A DNA stretch of 64,000 nt from Piromyces finnis finn (lineage: Eukaryota > Fungi > Neocallimastigomycota): positions 620,001-684,000 of the forward strand of contig MCFH01000026.1 in NCBI GenBank assembly GCA_002104945.1, given 5' to 3'. Positions 23,553-35,769 of this stretch are shown here, piece by piece. The notes beneath the pieces are model-generated. The model worked only from the letters and a program-made list of their open reading frames with translations. It did no database searches and was not told the origin of the DNA. The translations under genes and the position numbers were made by a program. The first letter of the stretch is position 1. The number at the start of each line of letters is the position of its first letter.

Positions 23553-24224
23553 TTGGAGGGCTTGATTAGTGAATTTGAAAATTTGAATTTGGAAATGTGT
23601 GATAGGACTGTGGGTGTTTCCGGGAATTCGGGGAACATTATTAATGCTCCACCGATATTCTCTGGTAAACAACGTGAATTGGATGGATTTTTAACTAGAG
23701 TTGAGTTGGTATTTCGTACTCGACCGACACTGTATAATACAGATCGAGTCAAGGTCGACTTTGTTATATCATACTTCTCTGGTAAACCTTTGGAATGGGC
23801 TTCAGTGTTGATGAAGAATAATAGTGGGGTTTTAAACCATTATGATGAATTTGTAGATAGGTTGAAGGCTAATTTTGGCAGTTATAGATACGATACCGTT
23901 GTAGCTAACGGTAAATTAGATAATCTTCGCCAAAGGAAACTTGGTCAGGTATTAGATTTCATTACCGAGTTTCAACGTATTAGCCAAAATTCAAGCTTTA
24001 ATGATAGCGCAAAAATCTACATGTTTCTGAAAGGCTTAATACCACCACTTAAGGAGAAGTTGGCTTTCATTGAATCAAACCCAACTTCAATTGAACAATT
24101 GATCTCTTCAACTATTTTAGTTGAAGGTATGATGAAAAGGAATTCACTTAGTGAATTATATTTTAATGGTAGAAGAGCTAATGATAAAGGTTATGTTTTC
24201 TTTGTAAACAGCCAGGACATTTAA
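23553..24224 (+). pseudogene. gag: Family-B gag (Retrotrans_gag/Ty3 capsid), 3'-truncated
   Basis: PPIFSGKQRELDGFLTRVELVF...VISYFSGKPLEWAS...LRQRKLGQVLDFITEF; cut by an A-type LTR fragment. Confidence 0.88.
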
Positions 24225-24762
24225 AATTAAGTAATTTTACATGTATTTATATTTTTTGTAAAATATATTTTAATATACTATTCTATTTAATTATACATAT
24301 ACTCTATAAAATAAACAAAACTAATTTAATACTAATTTAATTAAATAATAAAACTAAACTAAAACTAATTAAATACACTTTTGATTCAATTTGAGTAAAC
24401 TACAAATTGAATACAGTCCATGTATTACCTATATATTAATTAAATATTAATAATACTATTTATTATATATTTACTATTAAAAAATGCTAATTTAAAACTA
24501 CGCTAAAGTTATTAAACTAATTTTAATTAAATAAAAACTTTTTAAGATTTAATTTGAATATTTAAAATATTTAAATTTAATTATCCATTAAATATTTATC
24601 CAAATTTCATTTCTAACTTTGATATTTTAAAATTAATTTTTATTTAATTATTCCATAAAATTTATTATATAAATTTTATAAATGATTTTTTATTAAAATA
24701 TCAAAATTGTTATTTAATAATTAATTATTAAATAATTTAAAGATATATTTTTTATCTTTACA
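24222..24762 (-). mobile_element. Partial LTR, family A
   Basis: Matches 4735-5285; ends TATCTTTACA. Confidence 0.85.
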
Positions 24763-25300
24763 AGTATCATCATAATCAACCATTCTTGGATCTTGAAAAT
24801 TCATAGCATACATACATTTACCAGTAGCATCCAATACTAATAATTCATTTTGATAAGTCCAAATACTATAATTACAATCACCCATTAAAAGTACACTAGG
24901 TCTTGGATTTACATTTGTATCTAAACTTAAGTTTGATCTCTTTACTTTCAACACTTCTTGTAAATTCATTACCACACTTCCTGCATTTAATAGGGCATTC
25001 ACTTGAAAGAAAAGAAAGATGACTGAACCCGGAAAGCATTAAAGGATGATTTTTAATATGAACTAGTTGATTACAACTTTAATAGTCTTTTCTATCTAGT
25101 TCATTCTCTTTAGGAATAAAATCTATGCAACTTTCAGAATATTCCATTTCTTGATCAGGAGAATTTAACATTGTTGCATCTTCAGAAAATTATATTCCAT
25201 TAAAAACTCTAGTATCAATATCCACGTCCTTTCCTTGGATATTGGTAGAATTTAAAATAGTTTTATTCATTTTTTTTAAAAATAAAAAAAAATTGCTTAA
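24763..25300 (-). pseudogene. Fragment of a ricin-type lectin-domain host gene
   Basis: LLMGDCNYSIWTYQ...GKCMYAMNFQDPRMVDYDD resembles the repeats at 48.6-49.9 kb; broken at the LTR end. Confidence 0.45.
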
Positions 25301-25416
25301 GAAAGTTTTAAGAATAAAAAAAAGTATTAAATATTTTATTATCAAAGTAGTATATAAATAATTTATAATAATCACTTATTATTATTAATATTATTATAAT
25401 TTCTAAAAAATAATAT

Positions 25417-25565
25417 TGTAAAGATATCAAACGCCACAGATTGATATCTTTAATGTAACTTAAGCCATAAATATTATTGTTTAAGTTACACAAATTATAT
25501 TAATAAAATTTTAAAAACATTAATAAAGTTTCCCCCTAAAAAGGAAATACAACCGAGTTATATCA
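25417..25565 (+). mobile_element. Family-B LTR 5' end (25417-~25500) fused to family-E LTR 3' end (~25498-25565)
   Basis: TGTAAAGATATCAAACGCCACAGATTGATATCTTTA, then AAAGTTTCCCCCTAAAAAGGAAAT...GAGTTATATCA as at 61940-61981. Confidence 0.8.
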
Positions 25566-26058
25566 AAGGTAATTTATCATAATATTGTTTAATTACTTTT
25601 TCTATTTCTTGACATTTATTATTTTCTTTCTTTTTTGCTTCTTCTAATTTTTCTTCAATCCTCTTACGGTGTTCCACTATAGCATTTACTCTTGAAGGTG
25701 AATTCGCATTGGCTGCTGCTTTTATAGTGTAAGTAATTGAAGGAATAATTTCGCTAAGAATTACTTACACTTTTACTATTAAGAACACTTTTTATTTTTT
25801 CTCTTACATCTAAATTGTTCTTTTCATATAATAAATGATATGTTTCCACCTGATCAGTAAGAGATGAATAATTTTTTTCAAGGGTTTCAACTTTATTTTT
25901 TAAGCCATGATAAAATTTCTTAATTTATTGAATTCTTTTAAAGTAATTTTATTTAGAGGATCCAATAAGTAAACTTAAAAATGATTAAATATAGTATCTA
26001 ATAATTATACACTACTAAAATAAGTGTTTTTTCATAATTATTGATATTAAAAAAATTT

Positions 26059-26225
26059 TTTTATGGACACATAATTTTATTTATCTATATCATATATTTA
26101 AGAATACACGTGAATAACTTATAAAAACATAAACATGTATTAAATGTGTTGTAAACGTAATGTCTATATGTTTTTAGAGATAGTTATTTTTTATTTTATT
26201 TTATATGCTCACATGACCATACATC
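26059..26225 (+). mobile_element. Displaced, inverted part of the Copia LTR (continues at 33078-33130)
   Basis: Reverse complement aligns to 15108-15273; split by the full-length Gypsy at CATC. Confidence 0.8.
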
Positions 26226-27071
26226 TGATACGGGTTAATTTTATGTAGAAAGAATTAAACTTTAATTGATATATATTTTATTAATAATTTTATTTATAAC
26301 GTTCCAATATTTCTATTCTGTCTAAATACTAAAACGTTTTGTCGTTGTCAAATATTAAAATTCTAACTAAAACAAGAAGCCCTTTTTAATAATATTTATT
26401 CTAGTCTATTTATACTAATGAGGCTTACTTAATAATTAATTGTCCAATTATAAGGCTGGAACTATATGGATCATTCATTTACATTATTCTTTTACATTAC
26501 ATGATATTACATTTGTCGTACATTTACGTTATATTCTTATACATTGTAGAAATAATTAATATTATAATAAATCTATATAAATTTAATATTAGGAAAAATT
26601 ACTAATATAATAATATGTTCAAGTCACATATTATTTTTATATCAAAAATCCCCTCGCTATAGGAGAGCGAAGTATAATTTAAGATACAAAATTTTTACTG
26701 AGCGTATCTGGTTATAATATTAATTTTTCTGGTTATAAAACTAAATTTCTAAAATTAAAAAAAATTGAAAAAAAATTGAAAAAAAATACTAATAAAAAAA
26801 TTTTTTTTTTAATTATTATTATTTACTATTTATTATAATTATTATTTATTATTATTCTATATAATCTACGGTAGGGGCTACTCGAGGTTTAGCAAGGTCG
26901 AACAGGACAGGAGTTAATCGACTTTTCGAAATTCGAAATCCCTTTTTGACTTTTTCAATTTCAATTTCGAAATTTCAAATTAATTTTTTTTTTTTTTTAT
27001 ATATATATATATATATGTTTAAACATATCTAATTTGTAAAATATCATAAATTTTAAATAAATTATCGTCTC

Positions 27072-30000
27072 TCATAACGAAATATTTTCTTTATAAGGGA
27101 GGATATTCTTCATATGTGTATACCTGGTTAGTTCTTGTCCCGTATTGTAGTCTCTGAGCTTGACTGTATTCCAGGCGATATCTAAGATTTGATAAGGTCC
27201 TTTAAAATATGGGTTCAATTTTGTTCTGTTGAAATTCCTTAATTTGACTAGATCGCCTATTTTGTATTCTTCCTTATGATCCATGCTTATTTTACTTTGT
27301 CTTCTAGCTTCCCAATACTTTAGAGTACCTAGCATTTTTGAAGCCGCCTTCCTTATCCATTTAGCGTGATCCACGAACCTTTCCATTATAATTTCTTCTG
27401 TGGATCTTCCTAAAGTTTCTTGATATGTTTCCATTAGCACTAAATCTATTGGGCGTGCATCCTTTCTTCCATATACAAGTTCAAAACTAGAGAATCCAGT
27501 TATAGTAGATATACTGGTCCTTAACGCCCATATAGCTACTGGTAAGTATTTGTCCCAGTCTTCATTGTTCTCTACTAAGAATCGTAGCTGTTTCCCAATT
27601 TCCCGATTCTTATTTTCCACTAGACCATTTGACTCTGGGTGATAGGTGGATACGAAATGTACATAAGTATCATAAATCTAAAAATATTTTTGTATAGTCG
27701 GAAGTAAATTGTACACCATTATCCATTAAGACCAATTGTGGGACTCCGTGGCGACTAAATACTTCGGTTAGGAATTCCGCTACATCTTCTGAGGTGGTCG
27801 TTGACAACGCCTTCGCCTCAGGCCATTTTGTAAAATAGTCCACCGCTACAATAATATATTTGTTATCTTGCACAGTAGTCTTTAACGGGCCTATTATGTC
27901 CACGGCTATTCTGACAAACGGTGCTTCGACTGGTGACGCAAATCTCTCGGTTCTTTCAGGTAGAGGTTGGGACTTCCGTAACTGACAGATTTTACACGTA
28001 GAAATATAGGTTTTTATATCTAAAACCATGTTCTTCCAATAATACTTATCCTTGATCCTTTGGTAAGTTTTCTGCAGTCCTTCATGTGCGATTTTATGGT
28101 TTTTCGCGATGACCTGGATCTTTTCCAAGGGTTCGTCAACAATCTTTCTTAAGTTATCGTTATCCCTGAAATATAACAGGTTATTTATTCTTATTACTCT
28201 TTCTTTTAGAAAGTTTTTCATAACCTCTGAGATATATTTATCATTTTCCTCGTTTTCTTCTTCTGACATTAATTCATGCATCTTAGTAGGTTCTTCTACA
28301 ACTTGTTTTCTCTGTTTCCGAGCTAATAAAGATTCTTCTTCATCACTTTCGCTTTCGTTATTTTCTGGCTAAAGGTTGGTATCATTTAGTGTACTAACTA
28401 TTGCATTTGCGTTCACTTCCTGACTGTTATCCTCTTTTAATGACATCCAGGATAATGCGTCAGCTAAAATATTCGCTTTTCCAGGTTGATATCTTACTTC
28501 TACCATATTTTGGCTAAAGTCATTAACCCAGCGAGCGTGTTTTGAAGTTTGAGGTTCATTTTTATTAATGATAGCAACTAGCGGAAGGTGGTCCGTATAT
28601 AAAATAGTTTTGTACGGATTTCCTAGGACATAATGACGAAATTCCATCAGGCAATAATGAGCAGCGGTACCTTCCAGTTAAGTAATAGGGTAGTTTAATT
28701 CAGCTTTCTTTAGTGCACGACAAGCATACTTTATAGGATGCTCTACCCCGTCCTCCAAAAGTTGCAATAATACGCCGCCAATACCACTGAAACTGGCGTC
28801 AGAGCGAATAATGAAAGGAATATCATAACGAGGAAAACACAGAATAGGGGCAGAGGCCAAATATTCTTTAGCAGCAACGAACGACGAATTACACTCAGAA
28901 TCCCAAATAAACTTGGCGTCTTTTCTAAGGAGTTTATTCAAGGGAGCAGTAATAGAAGCAAAGTGATCAATAAATTCCCTATAATAATCAACCATTCCGA
29001 GAAAAGAACGAAGTTCAGTAACAAATTTAGGAGGATCTAGTTTGAGTATATTATCAACCTTAGATTTAATAGGAAGAAGACCATTAATAGAGACAACATG
29101 ACCCAACACTTCAACTTCCTGTAAACAGAAGTGACACTTCTCAATGTTGACCTTTAAACCATTATCACGAAGGATCTGAAAAACCTTTTTGATATCACGA
29201 AGATGTTGTGAGTAAGAAGGAGAATAAATAATTATGTCATCAAGGTATACTTGAATATAAACATTGAGGAGGTCAAAGAAGATACGATTCATCTCTCTTT
29301 GAAAGGTCGCGGGCGCGTTTGTTAAACCAAAAGGCATGACTACGTAATCAAAATTTCCAAAACGCGTGGTAATAGCTGTAATACATTGGTCTTCTGGTAG
29401 CATAGGGATTTGGTGGTATCCACTGAACAGATCTAAGGCCGTGAAAAATCTTGCACCAGTCATGGATTCAAAAGCTTCTCTAATGTTGGGAATAGAGTAA
29501 GCATCCTTTACAGTAATATTATTGACTTTTCTATAATCTGCACAAAGACGCCATTTATTGTGCTTCTTAGGAACCATTACAATGGGAGAAGCCCAAAGGG
29601 AATGGGATGGAACAATAAGGCCTTTATCCAGTAGTTTTTGAAGTTCACCCTTAAGAGCAGCTAGTTGAACTTGTGACAACTTCCGAACTTTAGCTTTAAT
29701 GGGTTTAGCGCCATCGACAAATTCAATGTGGTGTGACCGGAGTTTTGAACGTTGGAGATCATCAGTGGAACAAGCAATAACATCACGAAAAGAAAATAGA
29801 AGACTTTGAAAATCATCTACAACAATCGGTTCTTCAGACTTATATGAAGGAATAAGATTATGTAATTCCTCAACTTTACCTAGAATTAAATCCTCCTTAT
29901 TAAGAATAGGATCGTCCTTGAGAGCAGCTACAATTGGTTTCCTATCAGAAGAGGGAAATAAGTAACAGTAATAACACAAAGAGTTAAAAGAATTAATATC

Positions 30001-31176
30001 AATAATAGGAGTGAGAGGTTCCAGAGTACCTTGACGTGTCTTAACACAAACAGTTTTATCGACTGCATAAACAATAATCCGTTGATCATGTTGAACTTTC
30101 AAACCAATCAAAGCATCATAAAATACGTCGTCATTATCACAAATGCGGAATAGGACCGGAAAGGTAAGAGAACCAATACACACATTGAGTTCAACCAAAT
30201 CAAAGGTACGAAGGTTATCATCAGCCATAGCCTGTTGAATTTTGCTGTAGACTTGGCCTTCAATTTTGAAATCGTTTATATTATCTAACAAGAATTTCCT
30301 CGAAACCAAGTTAATATTACTGCAGGAATCAACTAAAAGAAAAGCCTTATGTCCATTCAGTAAGGCATGAACTACTGCAATGTCGTGGTCTTTTACAGCA
30401 CCCGACACATAGTCGTGATGAGGATTATTAACGACTTGTAGTTCCAGCGGCTTATTATCCTGTTCGACCATACCCATAACAATAGAGCTAGAGGGAACAC
30501 GTTCCTTCTTTAAGTTGTTGGCAAGATCCATACGAGATTGGTTGGATAATTCCAAGAGTTGGGCGAAAGTCACATTAGCCTTAGTATTTTTCAAGTCTTC
30601 GCAGATGTCATCTATTTGTCCATTGAGATAACTTCATGACTTGTATAGTTTTCTCTTTTGGGCCTAAGGGATGTACAAGTGCGCTTCCGATATTAGGAGA
30701 GGAAGTAATAGGACTTTTACTTTTCTTTTCACTTTTCGGCTTGGAAACATTTTTAAAAGATACAGATTTAGCATGGCTCTCGGACTTACGGACATCTGGA
30801 GGTGCCTGAGTTTGTTCAAAATCCATTTCAACACTACTTACATTTGGGAACGAGGGGGATTCGAACGCATGACCTGGGGACTGGGGGTTCGAGACAGTGC
30901 CCGCTGCACCATTGTGGTTATTTTCCTGAAAATTTTTTGAAGAGGGTAGATTCGCCTGGGGGCGTGCCTGAGATGGTTGTGAGCTCACCGGAGATGTAGG
31001 AGGAGTAGTAGTATCAGAATTCGAGGAGGTGAGCGAGTTGCGTCTCTTCGTTTGAGCTGATTCCTCCTCATCTGTAGGGTCTAATTTCCTTTTAGCTACA
31101 GCAATTATATCCTTTTTGACCGTAGATTCCGATGGTGAGTGACCCATTTGGTTACTGGAGGTGGATCGACCTCCAT
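27072..31176 (-). pseudogene. pol: pol (protease DSC, RT YLDD, RNase H, integrase HHCC/DDE/GPY; no chromodomain) with two in-frame stops and two frameshifts
   Basis: LLVDSCSNINL; KWRLCADYRKVN; VYLDDIIIYS; RSDASFSGIGGVL; HEG...CKIC; DIIGPL; DNG; KGPYQI. Lesions at ~30610, 28678-28680, 28369-28371 and ~27670. Confidence 0.95.
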
Positions 31177-31189
31177 TTAGTGATTTAAA
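31141..31189 (-). promoter_or_regulatory. Predicted -1 programmed ribosomal frameshift signal (slippery heptamer + pseudoknot)
   Basis: T TTA AAT in gag frame (31189-31183), 7-nt spacer, stem TGGAGGT/ACCTCCA, loop GATCC pairing with GGGTC. Confidence 0.8.
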
Positions 31190-32124
31190 CGACCACAGTC
31201 TTTTTGGAGGTGTCCTGGTTGATGGCAGCGATAACACACTTTTTGGGAAAAGTTACCAGACGCATGAGGGGTATTCCTAGGCTGATTGTAAGATGAATTA
31301 TACCTGTTTTGATACTGATTTGGAGGATTATAAGCAGGATAAGGAGTGTAATATTCAGATTGATGATAAGTGGCATAACCATCACCCATTGGTGCAGGAG
31401 GCCTGTTGTTGAAATAAGGATCTGAGTAACTAGGTCCAGGAGCCTGGACAGGAGCAACCGGTGTTGAAGGATAATTGTAACTGGAATTATTGGAATATCC
31501 ATAAGAATAAGGGTTAGGATTGGAATAATGACTATCCATCGGACGATACTGTGGTGTATAAGCACCATGAGGATTATAACCGGGAGTAAAGCTACTGGAA
31601 TAAGAGGCGTATTCTTTCCAGTATTCATGGTTCTTTGCAGTTTGGCAAGCCTCATCAATAGTTGCAGGCTCACGAATGGTGAGGGCATGTTGTAATTCTG
31701 GACGACTACGGATAGCATGCATATAGTCGTACACAGAAATTCTGGGGCGGTATTCCGCATCCAAAGAATGGTAAAGGTCCAAAAATCTATTATTGAATTC
31801 ATCCACTGTTTCGCCAGGACGAATAACCATAATCTTTAATCGGCGAAAACCATCCTGTTTGTTGTTCCAATAGGCTAGCCTATTCCTAATTGATGGCATA
31901 CATTCATCCAAAGAGGGTGGCCTGTTCCACATGCGTTCAAACCTAATTAGTTCATCAACAATTTCTGGGAAATCGATACAACCGACAATGGTATCGAACT
32001 TTTCATTCTCATCAACAATACCTTCTCTAGAAAACCATGCTTCAATCTGACGTTTCCACACATCTTCGTTGCAATGGGTTTTATCCAAGATAGGAAGTCT
32101 ATAATACGAAGATCTATTAGCCAT
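31177..32124 (-). CDS. gag: gag with Y/S/N/P-rich region and CCHC Zn knuckle
   Basis: Open 315-aa ORF; IRPGETVDEFNNRF capsid motif; CYRCHQPGHLQKDC. Confidence 0.92.
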   Translation of the reverse strand: MANRSSYYRLPILDKTHCNEDVWKRQIEAWFSREGIVDENEKFDTIVGCIDFPEIVDELIRFERMWNRPPSLDECMPSIRNRLAYWNNKQDGFRRLKIMVIRPGETVDEFNNRFLDLYHSLDAEYRPRISVYDYMHAIRSRPELQHALTIREPATIDEACQTAKNHEYWKEYASYSSSFTPGYNPHGAYTPQYRPMDSHYSNPNPYSYGYSNNSSYNYPSTPVAPVQAPGPSYSDPYFNNRPPAPMGDGYATYHQSEYYTPYPAYNPPNQYQNRYNSSYNQPRNTPHASGNFSQKVCYRCHQPGHLQKDCGRLNH

Positions 32125-32637
32125 AGCAAAAATTTACTGAAATTTAAAGGGTTAGGTATTAATGAGTAAACAGAAAAAATTTTTTTCCAGAAAAATATTT
32201 TTTTTTTAATAATTATTTTACTACTTATTTAACTTAAAATAATATAACAAACTAATTATTTAATATATTTTATTTATCAAGTTTAGTTTTCGACCTCCAC
32301 TTCGGGCCCTCACTAATAAATACTTTATTCTAACAGTGGGTTAGAATGGTGATATTTCTTTAATAGCTGCCAGAAGCGCTCTACTCTCTTAATGAATATT
32401 TAAGAACTGATATGGTAGCTACCAACTCTTAAATAACCTCAATAAATAACTGGAGTAAATATACTAAACTTTTATAACTTATACGCAAGCGTTGTAGCTG
32501 TCTAGTATAAACTACTTAATTATATTATATTATTAAAAGAATAATAACTTTTTATATCCTTTTCTACTTCTAAGTAGTAAAGGAGGAAAATAACAATAAA
32601 ACTTTTTTAAAAAAATCGAAAAACGCTATTCTTTCTA

Positions 32638-32655
32638 TCCCCGATATCTCCACCA
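32638..32655 (-). promoter_or_regulatory. PBS complementary to the 3' end of tRNA-Ala
   Basis: TGGTGGAGATATCGGGGA, 3 nt after the LTR; close to the complement of the eukaryotic tRNA-Ala 3' end (...UCCCCGGCAUCUCCACCA). Confidence 0.85.
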
Positions 32656-33130
32656 AGTTGATACGGGTTAATTTTATGTAGAAAGAATTAAACTTTAATT
32701 GATATATATTTTATTAATAATTTTATTTATAACGTTCCAATATTTCTATTCTGTCTAAATACTAAAACGTTTTGTCGTTGTCAAATATTAAAATTCTAAC
32801 TAAAACAAGAAGCCCTTTTTAATAATATTTATTCTAGTCTATTTATACTAATGAGGCTTACTTAATAATTAATTGTCCAATTATAAGGCTGGAACTATAT
32901 GGATCATTCATTTACATTATTCTTTTACATTACATGATATTACATTTGTCGTACATTTACGTTATATTCTTATACATTGTAGAAATAATTAATATTATAA
33001 TAAATCTATATAAATTTAATATTAGGAAAAATTACTAATATAATAATATGTTCAAGTCACATATTATTTTTATATCACATCTTATTATATAACAGTAATG
33101 TTTACAATGTAACTTTTTTCTCTTTGTTAA

Positions 33131-33629
33131 TGATATAATTCGGTTCTATTTCCTTTTTAGGGGGAAACTTTATGTATTAATGTTTTTAAAATTAATTTTA
33201 TTAAATATAAATTTTGGCTAGAAAATAACAAGAAGCAAAGAATTAATTACAAGAAATAATAATACATTTATATGTCTTTTAACAAGTATAAACTATATTT
33301 TGTTTGTTTAATTAATAAATATATAATAACTAGTATAAAAAGGATAAAAATATTTATTAAAGTATAATAAAAATATAATAAAATATAAATAAAATATAAA
33401 TAAAATATAAAATATTATAAATAAAAAATGATAAATAAAAGAAATTATTTATTATTTAAATTAATAAAATATATTTATGTTATCACTTAAATTTATTTTA
33501 TCGTGTGAATTTATTTACGCCTCAATTACTTTTAGTCACGTTATTACATGACTACTTTAATTTATTTTATGTAATTATTAATAAAATAACTTTAATAATA
33601 ATTAGATTTTTATATAATATTTCATATCA
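33131..33629 (-). mobile_element. LTR family E, complete (~499 bp), no adjacent PBS/PPT
   Basis: TG...CA; homologous to 17758-18030, 25498-25565 and 61615-61981. Confidence 0.85.
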
Positions 33630-33910
33630 CCATGTATTATTGATATATTAATTATTTAATAATTATATACTATATATCTATTTCTATTACAAAATAATAC
33701 TAAAACTAGGGGTTTTAATTGAGAATTTTAATTTATTTGTTAAACATTAAAAATAAATTAATAATTTATTTTGTTTTAAACTTTAATTATTAATAAATAA
33801 AGTATATCCCATTTTCTTTTTCTGTAATATAATTCGTGTAACTTAAACAATAATATTTATGGCTTAAGTTACATTAAAGATATCAATCTGTGGCGTTTGA
33901 TATTTTTACA
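33630..33910 (-). mobile_element. Family-B LTR, 5' portion
   Basis: Matches 9915-10196; ends GGCGTTTGATATTTTTACA. Confidence 0.85.
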
Positions 33911-34370
33911 TGCTGTAACTGTTGCTAAAGGTTCAGCCTTTACCCATTTTGTAAAGTAATCTACAATTACGATAATGTATTGATTATTTCTGCTTGTAAT
34001 AGTTAAGTGAACCAATAATATCTAATTCTAAATGAATGAAGGGAGCCTCTACTGGAGTAGCATATTTCTCTGTAGGGTCCGGAACTTCATTTTTCTTATT
34101 TAACTGGCAGGTTTGACATCCTTTAATTATTCTCTTTATGTCAGTTGTCATTCCCCTCCAGTAATAATTCCTCTTCGTTCATAAGTCTTTTCAAAGCCCT
34201 CGTGTCCTAGAGTGAACTTTCCATATTATTTTGAATTTTTCTTCAGTTAGACTAATTATTTTTCTATAATAGTCTTTATCTTTAAAATAATTTTCTCCAT
34301 TTAATGTAACTATATTTTCCTCCATTAATAAATTTTTCTTAAAAATCATATATTCTAAGAATATTATACT
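33911..34370 (-). pseudogene. Gypsy integrase fragment
   Basis: CQTCQLNK...TPVEAPF...IVDYFTKW, homologous to 27670-28281. Confidence 0.8.
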
Positions 34371-35203
34371 AAGTTGAGTGAAGAAATTTCTAGCCAAGAA
34401 TCCATCTTTCATCAAGACCCAGGTACCGTAGAGCGAATCGACAAAATAACCTACTTAAATATTACGAAACGCTTCTTAAATATAAAGAATAAACACAAAA
34501 CGGAACCTGAACCAATGACAGATAAAATAAGAAACTCTAAAGTTGAATCAATGGAGGTAGACCTGCACCCTACTACCATAAATGAAATCGAAGAAGTCTA
34601 TCATAATCCCTCGAGCTCCGAAGGAGCTCTAAGTGCGGTAGAACAGTACCTAAATAATTTAACTGATGACACTCCAGATAATCAAACTCTGGAAACTCAA
34701 AATAAAAATAGATATGGTGGAAATAGCCAAATCCGAAGCTATAATCCAAGCAATTCTAGTGCCATAGTCTTAGAATCCACCAATAAATTATACCAAGAAA
34801 TGACAAGGAAGAGTTGCAAACAACTATGAAGAACTTTATGGAACAAATGATGGTGCAATTCACCAATATGACCGCTACTCTTTCAGCTTCACTACAGGCG
34901 GGTATTACAGAAAATAAGAACCAAATTGAGGCAATGAGACTACAAATAGCTAATAAGGCCGAAAACGTTGAAGTCCAACAATTGGCTAACGTTATAGATA
35001 AAAATACTGTTAAACCCTTTGATTTAACCACTGTTGTTGGAGAAGTCAAAGAAGAAATTCATAATAATAAAATGTCATCCGCTAAGGTCTCTGATCTAAT
35101 TCCTATTGAACATGAATTAAACGAACAAGGAAAGAACATAGACTTCATAAGGTCAGTCATATACTCATTTTCATTAGTTACCGGACTCGTAACACCTTCT
35201 TGA
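34371..35203 (+). pseudogene. Family-H N-terminal coiled-coil ORF fragment
   Basis: MKNFMEQMMVQFTNMTATL... homologous to 50930-51150. Confidence 0.6.
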
Positions 35204-35769
35204 TTATTTATGTTCATTGTGTTTATTTTAAAATTCTTCTCCAAGTAATTATTCATCTTATTGTTGAATATATTATCCATATAATTTAATATATTAATAT
35301 AATGTTGGTACAATTGTTTCTTATTTTTACATAAATTCATAGATTTATGTATTTCACACTTAGATTTAGATTTTGTATTACATTGTAATATATTGCCTTC
35401 TATTATGTATCAATTGATTTATCATATATTTTAATATATCTACTTTCCATTTAATTAATTTAATTAAAGATTTTTATATTTTATTTTGCTTTAATCGATA
35501 TATATAGGAACCAATTTTTATATCGTCTAATATATTATCAGAATATTTAAATATATCATCTATTATATGAATTGATTCATTAATATATTGATCGTACATA
35601 TAAAATTTTTAATTGTAATTTTTCTCCAATTTCACATTTTTGATTTTCCAAATTTTCAAATTCCAGATTTTCTATATACCCCCCAATTTCCCTCAATTTG
35701 GAAAAATTGAGTAAATTTTTAAATTTATGATATATGTAAAAAATTAAATTTTTGATTTTACTATCAGAA

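Larger units (their letters stand above)
26226..33077 (-). mobile_element. Full-length Ty3/Gypsy LTR retrotransposon (6852 bp), TSD CATC
   Basis: LTRs 26226-26644 and 32659-33077 (419 bp each, no difference seen by eye); CATC at 26222-26225 and 33078-33081; PBS 32655-32638; PPT GCGAGGGGATTTT before the 3' LTR; gag-pro-RT-RH-IN order. Confidence 0.97.

Noticed and set aside
25566-25569. Second TSD confirming the inversion (CCTT versus CCAT at 33630-33633)
   Set aside because: Only a 3/4 match, and CCAT is native B-LTR sequence, so it was not used as evidence.
28369-28371. TAG between RNase H and integrase as programmed readthrough
   Set aside because: No recognised readthrough context or downstream structure, and other clear lesions exist in the same pol.
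32638-32655. tRNA genes at tRNA-like matches (also 17699-17712 and 61984-61998)
   Set aside because: They are only 14-18 nt segments adjacent to LTR ends with no cloverleaf, so they are PBSs; no tRNA or rRNA genes were seen in the window.
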